A DNA stretch of 64,000 bases from an uncultured delta proteobacterium (GCA_963737905.1 CAVTUQ010000038.1:1-64000), one strand, 5' to 3'. Positions 39,540-50,297 are shown, counted from the stretch's first letter. Notes: generated by a model not told the origin, from the sequence alone. Made by a program: numbers and translations.

Positions 39540-40115
39540 TCAATCCTCGATATACTCCGGCACAGCTTGCTTTTTAGCGACCGCGCCCGCCATGTTGGCA
39601 AGTCTGACCGGGCTGGGTCGTCGCTGCGCCATTTTCGATTGGAATCTCCACCGAACGATTCCCTCCGCGTCGAGGAGGTACGTCGTTGCGTGCACCATCG
39701 GACCGCTCCAGTGATGCTCGCGAGCCGCTCCGACTTTTTCGCTCAATGTACACTCGGGATCGCTGATGAGCCGCAACGGAAAGACGCTCTTGGGATCTTG
39801 CCAAAAAGCGTCGTGTGCCTTGTGAGCGATCTGATCGAATTGGGCATCGCGAATAATCCGTTCGCGGAGTTGCCGGCCATTTTCCGCTGATTGCGGGCTA
39901 ATCCCGAAGATGGCGACGTTGTGTTCCCTGAATCTTTCGTACTCATAGATAAAGGCCGCGACCTGGGCCCGACACCAAGGTCACCATTGTCCCCGGTAGA
40001 AGAAAACGATGGAGGCCGGCGCCTTATTAAAGACCGATGGAAACTCGATCGCATCTCCATCGATATCCCGCAGGGTTACGGCGGGAAATTTTGCTCCGAT
40101 ATCTAAAAGTGCCAT
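39540..40115 (-). CDS. AhpC/TSA (peroxiredoxin-like) selenoprotein, 191 aa, Sec45 (TGA 39981-39983)
   Basis: ATG 40115 with AAGGAAG RBS: MALLDIGAKFPAVTLRDIDG...VFFYRGQW-U-PWCRAQV...AIFGISPQ...LISDPE...ATTYLLDAEGIVRW; single in-frame TGA at first position of CxxC. Confidence 0.85.
39954..39969 (-). promoter_or_regulatory. SECIS-like hairpin of the AhpC-like gene
   Basis: GGCCC-AGGUC-GCGGCC starting 11 nt after UGA; CAGGUC core resembles the E. coli fdhF SECIS apex. Confidence 0.55.
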
Positions 40116-40425
40116 TGTTTCTTCCTTTCACTCAGTCCGCCGTTGAGATTTGAGGCACGAGCTCTTCTCTTCATCATTTTCTGACCAGGAGACCCAGCCG
40201 CAACGCATTGAGGTTAAAATAGGGCAGGGCAAGCACGGACGTCAAGCCAGATTCGCAGGAGTTCCAATGCGATAGTTAAAAATAAAGCACCTAACCCCCG
40301 CCGGTTCATCGGCAATCACCCGCTTCAGAAAGCCTGGATTGATGACAAATACCTTGTGTCCGACGGGTTCCACCCTTCTTCAGCCAGGAATTGACAAGGA
40401 AAAATATTATGATATTGGATAGCTC

Positions 40426-40761
40426 ATGGTTTTAGCTCGAAAGAATGCAGTGGTTGGTTTTAAAATAGTTTTATTTTTAGTTTTTGCCATTTTCGCTCTG
40501 TCGCTGCAGTTTGAACCTAACGGGTTTCCCGTATCGACCGGGATTTTTTCCGTCAAGCAGATCAATCTAACAACGGTTTTGCCGCAGCAAAAATCCAGGG
40601 TCGAACTTGCTTCAATCGCCGACGCGAAAAATCAAAGCCCAAAACTTAAGCCGTATTTTTTGCGGATTGATTACAAGCAAAACCTTTTGGTCTGGCCCGT
40701 CGTGGCCGGTAATCTAACCCGCTCACCGCCATACATCGCTCCTTTCCAGTCGCTTTCATAA
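40426..40761 (+). CDS. Putative exported leader protein ending in RSPP motif
   Basis: N-terminal hydrophobic segment VVGFKIVLFLVFAIFAL; C-terminal NLTRSPP. Confidence 0.5.
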   Translation: MVLARKNAVVGFKIVLFLVFAIFALSLQFEPNGFPVSTGIFSVKQINLTTVLPQQKSRVELASIADAKNQSPKLKPYFLRIDYKQNLLVWPVVAGNLTRSPPYIAPFQSLS

Positions 40762-40777
40762 ACATAGCTTTCCGGCG

Positions 40778-40876
40778 GCTTGGTTTTTTCCGATAGCCCG
40801 CGCGGGAGGTCTACCCCACGCTTATTTGTGCGGCGGGAACCTCACACGCGTTTGAAAGATCGGGAACGCATCAGGC
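40778..40876 (+). other. Long imperfect rod-like hairpin (candidate structured RNA)
   Basis: Nested pairs GCTTGGT/ATCAGGC, TTCCGAT/ATCGGGA, CGCG/CGCG, GAGGT/ACCTC, CCC/GGG, CGC/GCG. Confidence 0.4.
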
Positions 40877-40966
40877 AATTTGCCTTTATTCAAAACACGA
40901 CAGGCGTGTGGCACTTTGGATCAATGGACCGCATATAGTGGACAGGAATTTCAAGGGGGTGCAATC

Positions 40967-41380
40967 GTGCTTCGTCGAAGTGAACTAAGCTTAGAAGAAC
41001 ATGGAAATTCTTTGCTCCAACTGGATCATCTTATGCCGAGTCAGTTCTCTGACACGTTGCGCAGGAATACTTATCTAGAGCCGGAGAGGGTGCTTATGCT
41101 TGCGGTTCTGGAAGACGCAATCTACTGCGTGCAGAAGCACGCGACATGCGCACGAGGAAGAAACCGGAGATTGTTTGATGAGACGATCAATTGGGTGCGA
41201 GCGGAAAATGATGAGTGGTTCTTTTCGTTCGAGAACGTGTGCGACACGGTCGGTTTGAATGCCAGCCGTCTCCGTCACAGCTTGCTCGAAATGGTCGCCG
41301 GCAGATATCCGGTCAAGCGGATCACTTTATACTCACCGGCGCATGGTCATCGATCCGGAGAGCTTCGAGCCAGAGGATAG
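40967..41380 (+). CDS. Hypothetical protein (EPERVLMLAVLEDA...FSFENVC type)
   Basis: GTG start with AAGGGGG RBS; conserved-looking motifs, function unknown. Confidence 0.65.
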   Translation: MLRRSELSLEEHGNSLLQLDHLMPSQFSDTLRRNTYLEPERVLMLAVLEDAIYCVQKHATCARGRNRRLFDETINWVRAENDEWFFSFENVCDTVGLNASRLRHSLLEMVAGRYPVKRITLYSPAHGHRSGELRARG

Positions 41381-41411
41381 ATGGCGCGCCGGTTGAAGTT
41401 TACAGGCCGGC

Positions 41412-43343
41412 TTGGTTGGGGCATCGGCACGCGCCCAACTCCATGAGCATATAGTGACGCCTTTCGCTCCCATCCGCTACCTCGAAGGTTATCTGCCGAT
41501 TGAAGACCACGGTTTGATCGGTGACGGTACCACGGCTGCGCTGATTGGCCGTGATGGAGCGATCGCGTGGCTGTGCGTTCCACGGTTCGATTCGGCTCCT
41601 TTGTTCTGCCGAATTCTGGATTTCAAACGCGGCGGCGCTTTCACTCTGGCGCCCAAGGGTTTGAGTGAATCCCGCCAATTTTACGAACCCGATACGGGAG
41701 TGCTGGTCACTGAGATGCGCTGCCCGTCGGGAGTCGTTCGTTTGACCGACGCGTTGTCACTGCGCTCCGGAGCAGATCTGAGCGAGGACGTTCCAGCGGG
41801 CCGATCTGAACTGGCGCGCTCGGCGCGGGTGGTGGAAGGTCGCGTGCGCCTAAGGATCGAGATCGAGCCCAGGGGTGGCGCGCGCGTGGGCGCTCATGGG
41901 GAAGGGTTTCGGTTACGTTGTCCGTCGCGTCCCGACGTTGAGCTGCACCTTCATGCCAAGGGTCCCCGACCCGTGCCAAGTTTGAAGGATCTGATTGAGC
42001 TAAACGCCGGCGAGCGATTCGAATTGACCCTGCGGTGGGGCGCTCGGCTTTCCAGTCATAGCTATATTTTCCCGGAAGAGCTGCTGCGCGAAACCATCGA
42101 GGCGTGGCATCGTTGGATGCGCCAGTTCCATTATGAAGGCCCCGAAGAAGCGCTTGTGCGCCGGTCGGCGATCACCCTTAAGCTCCTCGATTATACTCCC
42201 AACGGAGCGATTGTAGCGGCGCCGACTTCGTCGCTTCCCGAAGTGATCGGCGGTTCGCGCAACTGGGATTATCGCTATGCATGGATTCGTGATGCCGCAT
42301 TTTCCGTCTACGCGCTGCGGCGCATCGGCTTTAACCAGGAAGCGGACCGTTTTCTCGGTTGGGTTCTCGACGCTGTCGAGCGGGGAGGAGCACCGAAGGT
42401 GCTTTATGATTTGGATGGACAGCAGCCCCGGCCCGAGCGGATAGATCCGGAACTCGAAGGTTATCGACGTTCTGCTCCCGTCCGCTGGGGTAATGCGGCG
42501 GTAGAGCAATTGCAGCATGATGTCTATGGAGAGATTCTCGACTGCGCGTATCAATGGGGCGCTCATGGAGGCGCAATCGACAGTGTCTTATGGCAAAGGC
42601 TGAGAACGCTCGCCGAAGGCTCGCGGCTGGCATGGAGCAAACCGGATCATGGCATCTGGGAGGTTCGCACAGCGGCCAGGCCGTTTACCTATTCTGCGGC
42701 GCTCTGCCAGGTGGCGCTGGATCGGGGCGCGCGCCTGGCCGAGCGCTTCAGCCTGCCGGGAGACGTCAAAGTTTGGCAAGCGGCATCGAATCAAATTCGC
42801 AACGCGATCCTTAACGAAGCTTGGGACGAGTGTCTGCAATCTCTGACCGAACATCTCGGCGGCGGCAAGCTCGACGCAAGTTTGCTGTCGTTGCCGATTC
42901 GCCGGGTCATCCCCGCGACACATCCCAGGATGGTCGCCACCGCGTCCGCTATTGCGAGCGGGTTGAGCGCAGGCAAGGGGCTGCTGTACCGCTATCTGCC
43001 CGAGGAGTCGCCGGACGGACTCCCCGGGCATGACGGCGCATTCCTGCTATGCAGTTTTTGGTTGGTCGATAATCTAGCCCACCAGGGCCGGTTGGATGAG
43101 GCGTTGGCGCTGTACGGCTCGCTGTGCGCTCGCACCGGCTCGTTGGGATTGCTTCCTGAAGAAATCGATCCCGGCAGCGGGGCTTTTCTCGGCAACTATC
43201 CACAGGCATTCAGCCATATCGGAGTCATTTCGAGCGGCGTTCACCTTGCTCGACTGATGAAGAAAGCGACTGCGGAGATGCGGTGGGCTCCACAGGGCCT
43301 CAATAAAGCGCTTGCTGGCGGCCAAAATGTGCGCGCCCAGTAA
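41412..43343 (+). CDS. Glycoside hydrolase family 15 (glucoamylase/trehalase-like)
   Basis: IEDHGLIGD, AAPTSSLPE..RNWDYRYAWIRD, DHGIWEVR, LGNYPQAFSH; start uncertain. Confidence 0.9.
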   Translation: MVGASARAQLHEHIVTPFAPIRYLEGYLPIEDHGLIGDGTTAALIGRDGAIAWLCVPRFDSAPLFCRILDFKRGGAFTLAPKGLSESRQFYEPDTGVLVTEMRCPSGVVRLTDALSLRSGADLSEDVPAGRSELARSARVVEGRVRLRIEIEPRGGARVGAHGEGFRLRCPSRPDVELHLHAKGPRPVPSLKDLIELNAGERFELTLRWGARLSSHSYIFPEELLRETIEAWHRWMRQFHYEGPEEALVRRSAITLKLLDYTPNGAIVAAPTSSLPEVIGGSRNWDYRYAWIRDAAFSVYALRRIGFNQEADRFLGWVLDAVERGGAPKVLYDLDGQQPRPERIDPELEGYRRSAPVRWGNAAVEQLQHDVYGEILDCAYQWGAHGGAIDSVLWQRLRTLAEGSRLAWSKPDHGIWEVRTAARPFTYSAALCQVALDRGARLAERFSLPGDVKVWQAASNQIRNAILNEAWDECLQSLTEHLGGGKLDASLLSLPIRRVIPATHPRMVATASAIASGLSAGKGLLYRYLPEESPDGLPGHDGAFLLCSFWLVDNLAHQGRLDEALALYGSLCARTGSLGLLPEEIDPGSGAFLGNYPQAFSHIGVISSGVHLARLMKKATAEMRWAPQGLNKALAGGQNVRAQ

Positions 43344-43364
43344 ACATAGCCTCCAGGAGGAACA

Positions 43365-44513
43365 ATGCACTCGCTAATTAATGATTACGCGGCGGGACTA
43401 TTGGACGCTCATGAGAATCCATGCCTTTCGCTCTACCAACCTACTCATAGGTGCTATCCGGAAAATCAGCAGGACCCGATCCGCTTTCGCAACCTGGTAA
43501 AATCGATGGAGCAATCGTTGCGACAGAAATGTACGGCGCGCGCAGTGGAAGCGCTTCTCGATCCCTTTCTGGCTCTGGCCGATGATCGCGACTTTTGGAA
43601 TCACACGCTTGACGGCTTGGCTGTTTTGGCTGCACCCGGATTGTTCCGAGTCTACCGGCTACAGAGGCTGGTCCCGGAGTTGGTTGTGGTGGCCGACACC
43701 TTCCATATCAAGCCGCTGATGCGCATCCTTCAGTCCGCCGATAGATATCAAGTCCTTGGTTTGAACCGGCGGGAGATCCAGCTCTACGAGGGCAATCGTG
43801 ATGTCCTTGATGAGATCGAGCTGGCGCAAGAGGTGCCGCGGACTATAACCGACGCGCTCGGCGAGGAGTTGACCGAGCCGCACTTGACGGTCGCTTCCTA
43901 TGGTAAGGGCGCCGGCGGGCCGCCGATGCGCCATGGCCACGGCTCAAAGAAGGATGAAGTCGATATTGACTCCGAGCGATTCTTCCGTGCCGTCGATCGC
44001 GCGATTCTTGAGCATCATTCGCGACTGTCAGGCCTGCCCCTGATTTTGGCCGCGCTGCCGCAATACCACAATCTGTTTCGCCAGGTGAGCCAGAATCCCT
44101 TTCTGATGGCCGACGGAATCGACATTCATCCGGACGCCCTGCCAGGCGATGCGCTCCGCCACCGCGCCTGGCGGGTTGTCGAGCCTCAGTATCTTGCACG
44201 GCTCGCGGGTCTGGTTGAGGAATTTGGCAGAGCAAAATCCAAGGGACTCGGCTCTGATGAACTGGCGCCGGTCGCCGAGGCCACCGTTACCGGGCGGGTT
44301 GCGACTCTGCTGATCGAAGCTGACCGTCACATCCCCGGACGGATCGACTACGGCTCCGGGCGGATTGAGCACGGCGATCTTGCACACCCGGAAGTTGACG
44401 ACGTGCTCGACGACCTTGGAGAACTGGTCCTCAAGAAGGGCGGCCAAATCGTGATCGTCTCAGCCGAGCGCATGCCAACTGAGACCGGAATCGCCGCGAT
44501 CTATCGGTTTTGA
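43365..44513 (+). CDS. Bacterial archaeo-eukaryotic release factor family 3 (baeRF3)-like protein
   Basis: PCLSLYQPTHR..QDPIRFRNL, FHIKPLMR, FFRAVD, GRVATLL, GGQIVIV..MPTETGIAAIYRF. Confidence 0.7.
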   Translation: MHSLINDYAAGLLDAHENPCLSLYQPTHRCYPENQQDPIRFRNLVKSMEQSLRQKCTARAVEALLDPFLALADDRDFWNHTLDGLAVLAAPGLFRVYRLQRLVPELVVVADTFHIKPLMRILQSADRYQVLGLNRREIQLYEGNRDVLDEIELAQEVPRTITDALGEELTEPHLTVASYGKGAGGPPMRHGHGSKKDEVDIDSERFFRAVDRAILEHHSRLSGLPLILAALPQYHNLFRQVSQNPFLMADGIDIHPDALPGDALRHRAWRVVEPQYLARLAGLVEEFGRAKSKGLGSDELAPVAEATVTGRVATLLIEADRHIPGRIDYGSGRIEHGDLAHPEVDDVLDDLGELVLKKGGQIVIVSAERMPTETGIAAIYRF

Positions 44514-44850
44514 GCTGCAGTCATTCGTTGAGGAAATATCGATTTCATTAAAAGCATAGCTAGAGTCTGGATGTCGCGGCGGCTACGCGTCTCATGAACT
44601 CGGCGAGGAGCGTTTTCTCGATGAGATCGAACGTAAAGCTCTTCGTCGGAGATCAGCCCACAGGGTATTGTCATTATACCCTACAACTCCGCGGTCATAG
44701 ATAAACCCAGCCAGAAAAACCCATGGAAACGAGCTGGATTGCTATTGTATGGACATACAATCGGAAGTGGAGTACGGCTAGCCGGGGAACCTTTGCATGT
44801 CCGTGGATCAAGCGATTTATGACGGCCCTAATCGCACGGGCGCCGTAAGA

Positions 44851-46200
44851 ATGGCGCTGCTTGGTTTCGTGTTTTTGACCACTGTGGTCCTGAGCGGACC
44901 TTCCTTCGCTCAGAAAACTCAGTGGTTTATGTCGCGCCCATCGAGGGCATGATCGATTTGGGTCTTGCGCCGTTCGTTGATCGCGTTCTGCGCGAGGCCA
45001 CCGATGCCGGCGCAGCGGCGGTTATTCTCGAAATCAATACCTTCGGTGGAAGGGTGGACGCGGCGGTTCTCATACGCGACGCCCTGCTCAACGCCAAGGT
45101 TCCGACCGTGGCGTTCGTCAATAAGCGGGCGATTTCCGCCGGCGCTCTTATTGCGCTCGCCGCGGAGAAGATCCTCATGGGCGACGGGGGCACGATCGGC
45201 GCCGCAACTCCGGTGCAAGCCGGACAGCCCGGCGGCCCGGCGCGACCGGTGGAGGAAAAAACCGTTTCCTACGTGAGAAAAGAGTTTCGCGCCACCGCAG
45301 AAGCGCGCAAGCGGCCTCCGCTTGTCGCCGAAGCCATGGTGGACGCGGACGTGGAGATCCCCGGTCTCATTCAAAAAGGAAAACTTTTGACCCTTACCAC
45401 CGATGAGGCCCTGAAGCATAAGGTGGCGGATTTCCGCGCCGACACAATCGAGGGGGTGCTGAAGCAGTTGGGTCTTGCGGGGGGCGAGTTGCGGCGCGCG
45501 TTTCCCAACTGGGCAGAGAATCTTGTCCGCTTTCTCACCCATCCCATTGTCAGTTCTCTTCTCATCACCATCGGCATGCTTGGGATCATCCTGGAAATGC
45601 GCACGCCCGGTTTTGGTGTTCCTGGAGTTCTCGGAATTTCGAGTATCGCGTTTTTCTTCTGGGGGCACTGGCTGGTCCAGCTCGCCGGCTGGGAGGAGAT
45701 GCTGCTGGTGGGTTCGGGCCTGGTCCTCTTAGCTGTGGAGATCTTTGTCACTCCTGGTTTTGGTCTTGCCGGAGTCCTCGGCATTGCGGCGCTTCTTTCA
45801 GGCCTGAGCCTTAGCCTCATCGGCGGCGGCGCCACCTGGGATTTCATCCTCAAAGCGGTGGGTCGGGTAATTTTTTCTCTGCTGCTGGCAGTGGTTGGAA
45901 GTCTAGTCCTGCTGCGCTTTCTACCGCGCCTGCCGTTTGGCAAGCGGCTGATTTTGGAGACCGGCCTTGCCGCGGGAGGAAGGGTACGCTTCGTCACCGG
46001 AGACGGACAAGCAGTGGCTGGGTAAAGGCGGTACAGTGGTTTCGCCGCTGCGCCCGTCCGGTATTGCAGATGTCGAAGGCGAACGAGTGGATGTTGTCTC
46101 CGATGGGGAATTCATTGAGGCGGGTGCGCAGATTGTGGTAAGTCGCGTCGATGCAACCGCATCGTTGTGCGGCGCCAGCGCGCGTAGCAGAAAGGGGTGA
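44851..46200 (+). CDS. nfeD: NfeD family membrane serine protease (ClpP class), frame breaks near 44915, 45975 and probably 46155
   Basis: INTFGGRVD, AISAGALIAL, TIGAATPV, LLTLT, PGFG; C-terminal LRPSGIADVEGERVDVVSDGEFI OB domain. Confidence 0.85.
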
Positions 46201-46203
46201 AAA

Positions 46204-47183
46204 ATGTTCGGAGCTGAGACCGGCATAGCGGGAGGCTTCGCGTTGCTAGTGCTGCTGTTGGTGGGGTTGGTTTTTATCTTGTATCTGGTCCCCCTCCCGC
46301 TCTGGATTGCTGCCTGGGCATCGGGCGCGTATGTGGGGCTCTTCACGCTCATCGGAATGCGCCTGCGCCGAGTGCCCCCCGGCACAGTAGTCACGGCGCG
46401 GATCAGTGCGGTCAAAGCGGGGCTGGATATTCCGCTTAACGATCTGGAGGCGCACTACCTGGCGGGGGGAAACGTTGTCAGGCTGGTCAACGCCATGATC
46501 TCGGCAGACAAGGCCAACATCGCTTTGCCCTTCAAACGAGCCGCTGCCATCGATCTGGCCGGGCGGGATGTTCTCGAAGCGGTGAAGATGTCGGTCATCC
46601 CGAAGGTGATCGAAACGCCGAAAATCGCCGCGGTGGCGAAAGACGGAATCCAGCTCATCGCGGTCTCTCGCGTGACTGTTCGCACCAACATCGACCGGTT
46701 GGTGGGCGGCGCAGGCGAGGAGACGGTCATTGCGCGGGTGGGCGAGGGCATGGTGAGCACCATCGGATCGGCCGCCACACACAAGGCTGTACTGGAAAAT
46801 CCCGATCATATCTCAAAAAATATCCTGAGCAAAGGACTGGATGCAGGAACGGCTACGAGATTCTCTCTATCGACATCGCCGATGTGGACGTGGGTCAGAA
46901 CATCGGCGCGAAGTTGCAAATCGACCAAGCCGATGCCGACAAGCAGATCGCTCAGGCCAAAGCCGAGGAGCGGCGGGCGATGGCAGTCGCTCTGGAACAG
47001 GAAATGCGGGCGCGTGTGGTCGAGGCCGAGGCGGAAGTCCCGCGCGCCATGGCCGAGGCGTTTCGACAGGGCAACCTCGGAATCATGGACTACTATAAAA
47101 TGAAAAACGTGCAGGCGGACACGGCCATGCGCGACGCGATCGCCGAGACGGGAGACGAGCCGACTCCAAGCCAGAGGCGATAG
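46204..47183 (+). CDS. floA: Flotillin-like protein FloA (UPF0365/YqfA), frame break near 46855
   Basis: [42 protein letters not shown], then [27 protein letters not shown]. Confidence 0.88.
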
Positions 47184-47191
47184 GAGGAGAG

Positions 47192-47551
47192 TTGAAGAAC
47201 GTTACCGTCGAACAACTCCTTCTTCTGATTATTTTTGTTTTGTTGCCGCTGCTCAATTGGCTGTTGCGCCGATTAGGCCAGCGCCGTGAACGCCAACATC
47301 CGCTACCGCCCTATATGCCCGAACCGCGCCAACGGGTGAGCGAGCCACGTTCCCGAGCGCCGCAGCCTGCACGAGATCGAATTCAGGCCCGGGAAGCGCC
47401 GCCGGCGCCCGTCGCAGTTCGACGTCGCAGAATTTCCAGAAGCTCGTTTTTCCGTACCAGAGCCGAGATGCGCCGGGCGATAATTCTCATGACGATTGTG
47501 GGACCTTGCCGCGCTTCGGATCCGATAAGGGAGAATGATCCATACAGGTAG
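47192..47551 (+). CDS. Hypothetical membrane-anchored protein downstream of floA
   Basis: AGGAG RBS; N-terminal TM; C-terminal MRRAIILMTIVGPCRA. Confidence 0.6.
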   Translation: MKNVTVEQLLLLIIFVLLPLLNWLLRRLGQRRERQHPLPPYMPEPRQRVSEPRSRAPQPARDRIQAREAPPAPVAVRRRRISRSSFFRTRAEMRRAIILMTIVGPCRASDPIRENDPYR

Positions 47552-47566
47552 CCTTCCCAGCCTCCA

Positions 47567-48195
47567 CTACGCAAGATCCTTTCCGACAATGCCGCCTGAA
47601 ACAATGAACTTGAAGGCGTCCTCGACTGAGAAATCCAGGTCGACAACATCTTCGGGGGAGACGATGACCAGGTAGCCTGAGGTGGGATTGGGGGTCGTCG
47701 GAACAAACACCGAGAGCACTCTGTTTCCCGGCACGAGATTGAGATTATCAGCACGCTCGGTCGCGACCAAGCCTATACTCCAGAGACCCTGGCGAGGGTA
47801 CTGCAGGAGAACCACGCGCTGAAAGCTGCGGCTGGGTCCTGGAAAGTTTCGATCATTTGTTTAGCGCTGCTATAAATTGTCTTCACCAGCGGCAATCTCA
47901 GGAGCAATACTTCAAAGGCTGCTAGCAGCCGCTGCCCCAGGATATTGGTTCCGACCAGGCCCAGCAAAAAGATTACGGCGAGGGAAAGCAGAAAGTTGAC
48001 AGCGAGCACCAGAGGGTAGGCCAGATCTTCCAGCCCAAAGAGTCGCAACAAGCCGGTCACCAGCGGCGCCCCGACACAGGTAAAAATGTTAACCAAGAAA
48101 GCAATCAGAACGTAGGTGATGAACAGGGGCAGAAGAATCAACAGCCCTGCGATTAATGTCCGCCGAATAAAGTGAGGCCTTTTGTCATCCGGCAT
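47567..48195 (-). CDS. DUF502 membrane protein (frame break near 47830)
   Basis: IAGLLILLPLFIT, LPLVKTIYSSAKQ, then VFVPTTPNPTSGYL. Confidence 0.85.
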
Positions 48196-48390
48196 CCGTA
48201 ATTTTCTCCGCTGCGTATCTCTGCTAAGTACGGCAAAGCAAGCCGGTTGAGTCGCTTGACGCCGTGAGATACTGATCGCCTTCGTGCAAAAACATTATCC
48301 CGACAGCCTGCCCAGAGTCAGGGCCGAACTAGAATCTCGTGGAGACAAGAATCCATTATGAACCGCAGCCGCTTTCTCCTCGGGTTAGTT

Positions 48391-48808
48391 TTACTTCGAA
48401 GGAAGCCTGTTCGCCATCTCGTTAAAAGCCTTTTTCCCAATTCCCTGAAGAAAGCTCAGAAACGGCTCGGGCTTGGCGCTCTTCGCTTGCGGCATCGGCG
48501 GCGCTGGCAAACCGCGCGAAGGCTCTATCCTATGAGCAAGTGGCAAAGTGCCATTCTTTCTTCCTTTCACTCAGCACGCCGTTGCGGCCAGGGCCTGCGT
48601 TGCCACTGCCCACCGCGTAAAAAAACCGGGTCCACGTCGAGTCCGTGCTTTTGAACAACCATTCTTCTTTAGCCACCCAAATATGGCTCTGCGTGAAAGC
48701 CAAGGAAGGATAGACCAAGCTGATTTTCTTAGCCTCCTGGCTGACGACGGAAGCGGTTGGACTTAAAAAAGCAGAACCAGAGCAAGGATCAGCGCGCTCT
48801 TTAAACAT
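48391..48808 (-). pseudogene. Internally deleted NMT1-type substrate-binding protein remnant
   Basis: Fragments KKISLVYPSLAFTQSHIWVAKEE, HGLDVDPVF, RGGQ and a C-terminal PQAKSAKPEPFLSFLQ in different frames within ~420 nt. Confidence 0.6.
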
Positions 48809-48810
48809 CG

Positions 48811-50169
48811 TTATCCCATTAGCAGCTGGCACAATGGGCGGATATCTTTCAAAGTTTCCAGCCGGTCCAAGTCATCCAAGACGCGGTTTGTCTCGCTTTC
48901 GCTGAGAGTTTGGCGCGCGCAATCCGTAAATTTGCCTTTGAGCTCGTCTGCGGTCATCGGATCTTCGGGACCTCCCTTTGAATGCTGGACTTCACGCGAA
49001 TAGGTCTGACCGTTTTTCAAGCGCAGCGTTACTCTACAAGGCCGGCTTCCCAGGTTGTGGGACGGAAGATTGTTGTCCAGCCTCATTTGGACTCTTTCGG
49101 CCAGTTTCAACACATGCGGGTCCCTGACGGCTGATTCGGTGAAAGCGTCGATAAAGACTCGGCCGTCGATCATCGCCCGGGCCAAAAGATAGGGCATGCA
49201 GAACTTCCCTTGAATTCCGGTTTGAGGAATTTTGAAAACGATTCTGTCAAAGGTGTGGCGCATGACATCGACATCGATGGACTCAACCATCTCGGGTGTG
49301 ATGCCATGTTTCGCCCGGAAGTCCAGTACCGTGTCGATGGCTTGATGCGTCAGACCGCCGCAAGGATAGGGTTTTATTCTGATGCCATCACTCTCCAGTG
49401 CGTAAGACCGTCCTAGTTCTTCTACAGCCTCGTTATGGATGGTCGTTCCGCCATGAAACACGTTGTAGAAGCCCATCCCCGCTTCGATCGCTTGTGCGTT
49501 TGCGGTGTAACCGGATTGCGCGAGTTTCGCCGCCAGGACGCCGTTTCTCGCGCCGAGGCCCACATGCAAGGGTTTGGTCATGGTGCCGAAGTTGCCCACG
49601 ATCCCGCTGGCCATGGAGGCCGCGATCCCTAACGCCATCTCGATTTGAGAAGCACTGAGTCCGAGGAGCTTCGCGCATCCGGCCGCGGCCCCAAAAGATC
49701 CCAAAGTGCTCGGGGCATGCCAAGCGTCATGCTTGCTGTCGCGCAGTGAGTAAGCGAGTTTTCCTGTGACTTCGAATCCTGTCGTATAGGCCTCGAGAAT
49801 CTGGCGGCCGCTGGTGCTCAGGGATTCACCCAAGGCGAAAACAGCCGGGATGATAGGAGCCGTCGGCTGGCCCATAAGCGTAAAACTGTGATCGAAGTCC
49901 ATGGCATGGGCGGCGGTGCCGTTGGCAAACGCCGCCTGCAACGCGGAAGATCTAAATCCCTGACCGATGACCGTGGCTTCCTCCTTCGCGCCTTCCTGGC
50001 GGGCGATTTCAGCGCAGATTTTGGCGTCCTCTTCCTTACTGCCCGCCAGCGCGACTCCAAGGCAGTCCCGCACCGCGATCTTCGCCGTCTCTACAGCCTT
50101 CAGGGGGATCCTCTCATACTTGGTATCAACTACGAACTTAGCAATCTTTTTGGTTACGTCCATAAACAC
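48811..50169 (-). CDS. MmgE/PrpD family protein
   Basis: DCLGVALAG, NGTAAHAMDFD, NFGTMTKPLHVG, KPYPCG. Confidence 0.88.
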   Translation of the reverse strand: MFMDVTKKIAKFVVDTKYERIPLKAVETAKIAVRDCLGVALAGSKEEDAKICAEIARQEGAKEEATVIGQGFRSSALQAAFANGTAAHAMDFDHSFTLMGQPTAPIIPAVFALGESLSTSGRQILEAYTTGFEVTGKLAYSLRDSKHDAWHAPSTLGSFGAAAGCAKLLGLSASQIEMALGIAASMASGIVGNFGTMTKPLHVGLGARNGVLAAKLAQSGYTANAQAIEAGMGFYNVFHGGTTIHNEAVEELGRSYALESDGIRIKPYPCGGLTHQAIDTVLDFRAKHGITPEMVESIDVDVMRHTFDRIVFKIPQTGIQGKFCMPYLLARAMIDGRVFIDAFTESAVRDPHVLKLAERVQMRLDNNLPSHNLGSRPCRVTLRLKNGQTYSREVQHSKGGPEDPMTADELKGKFTDCARQTLSESETNRVLDDLDRLETLKDIRPLCQLLMG

Positions 50170-50297
50170 CTCTCTCTTCGAAACGTGTTAACGAGTTAAT
50201 GTGAAGGCCAATCGACGATTCCATGTTACATCTCAGAGCGAAGAACCGAAGTCAGTTTTGAGAATAGCCTTCTGAACCTGAAAAAGTAGACGGTCGG

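Noticed and set aside
48225-48270. GGCAAA-containing segment resembling a c-di-GMP-I riboswitch
   Set aside because: It lacks the GAAA tetraloop stem and GACGCAAAGC core.
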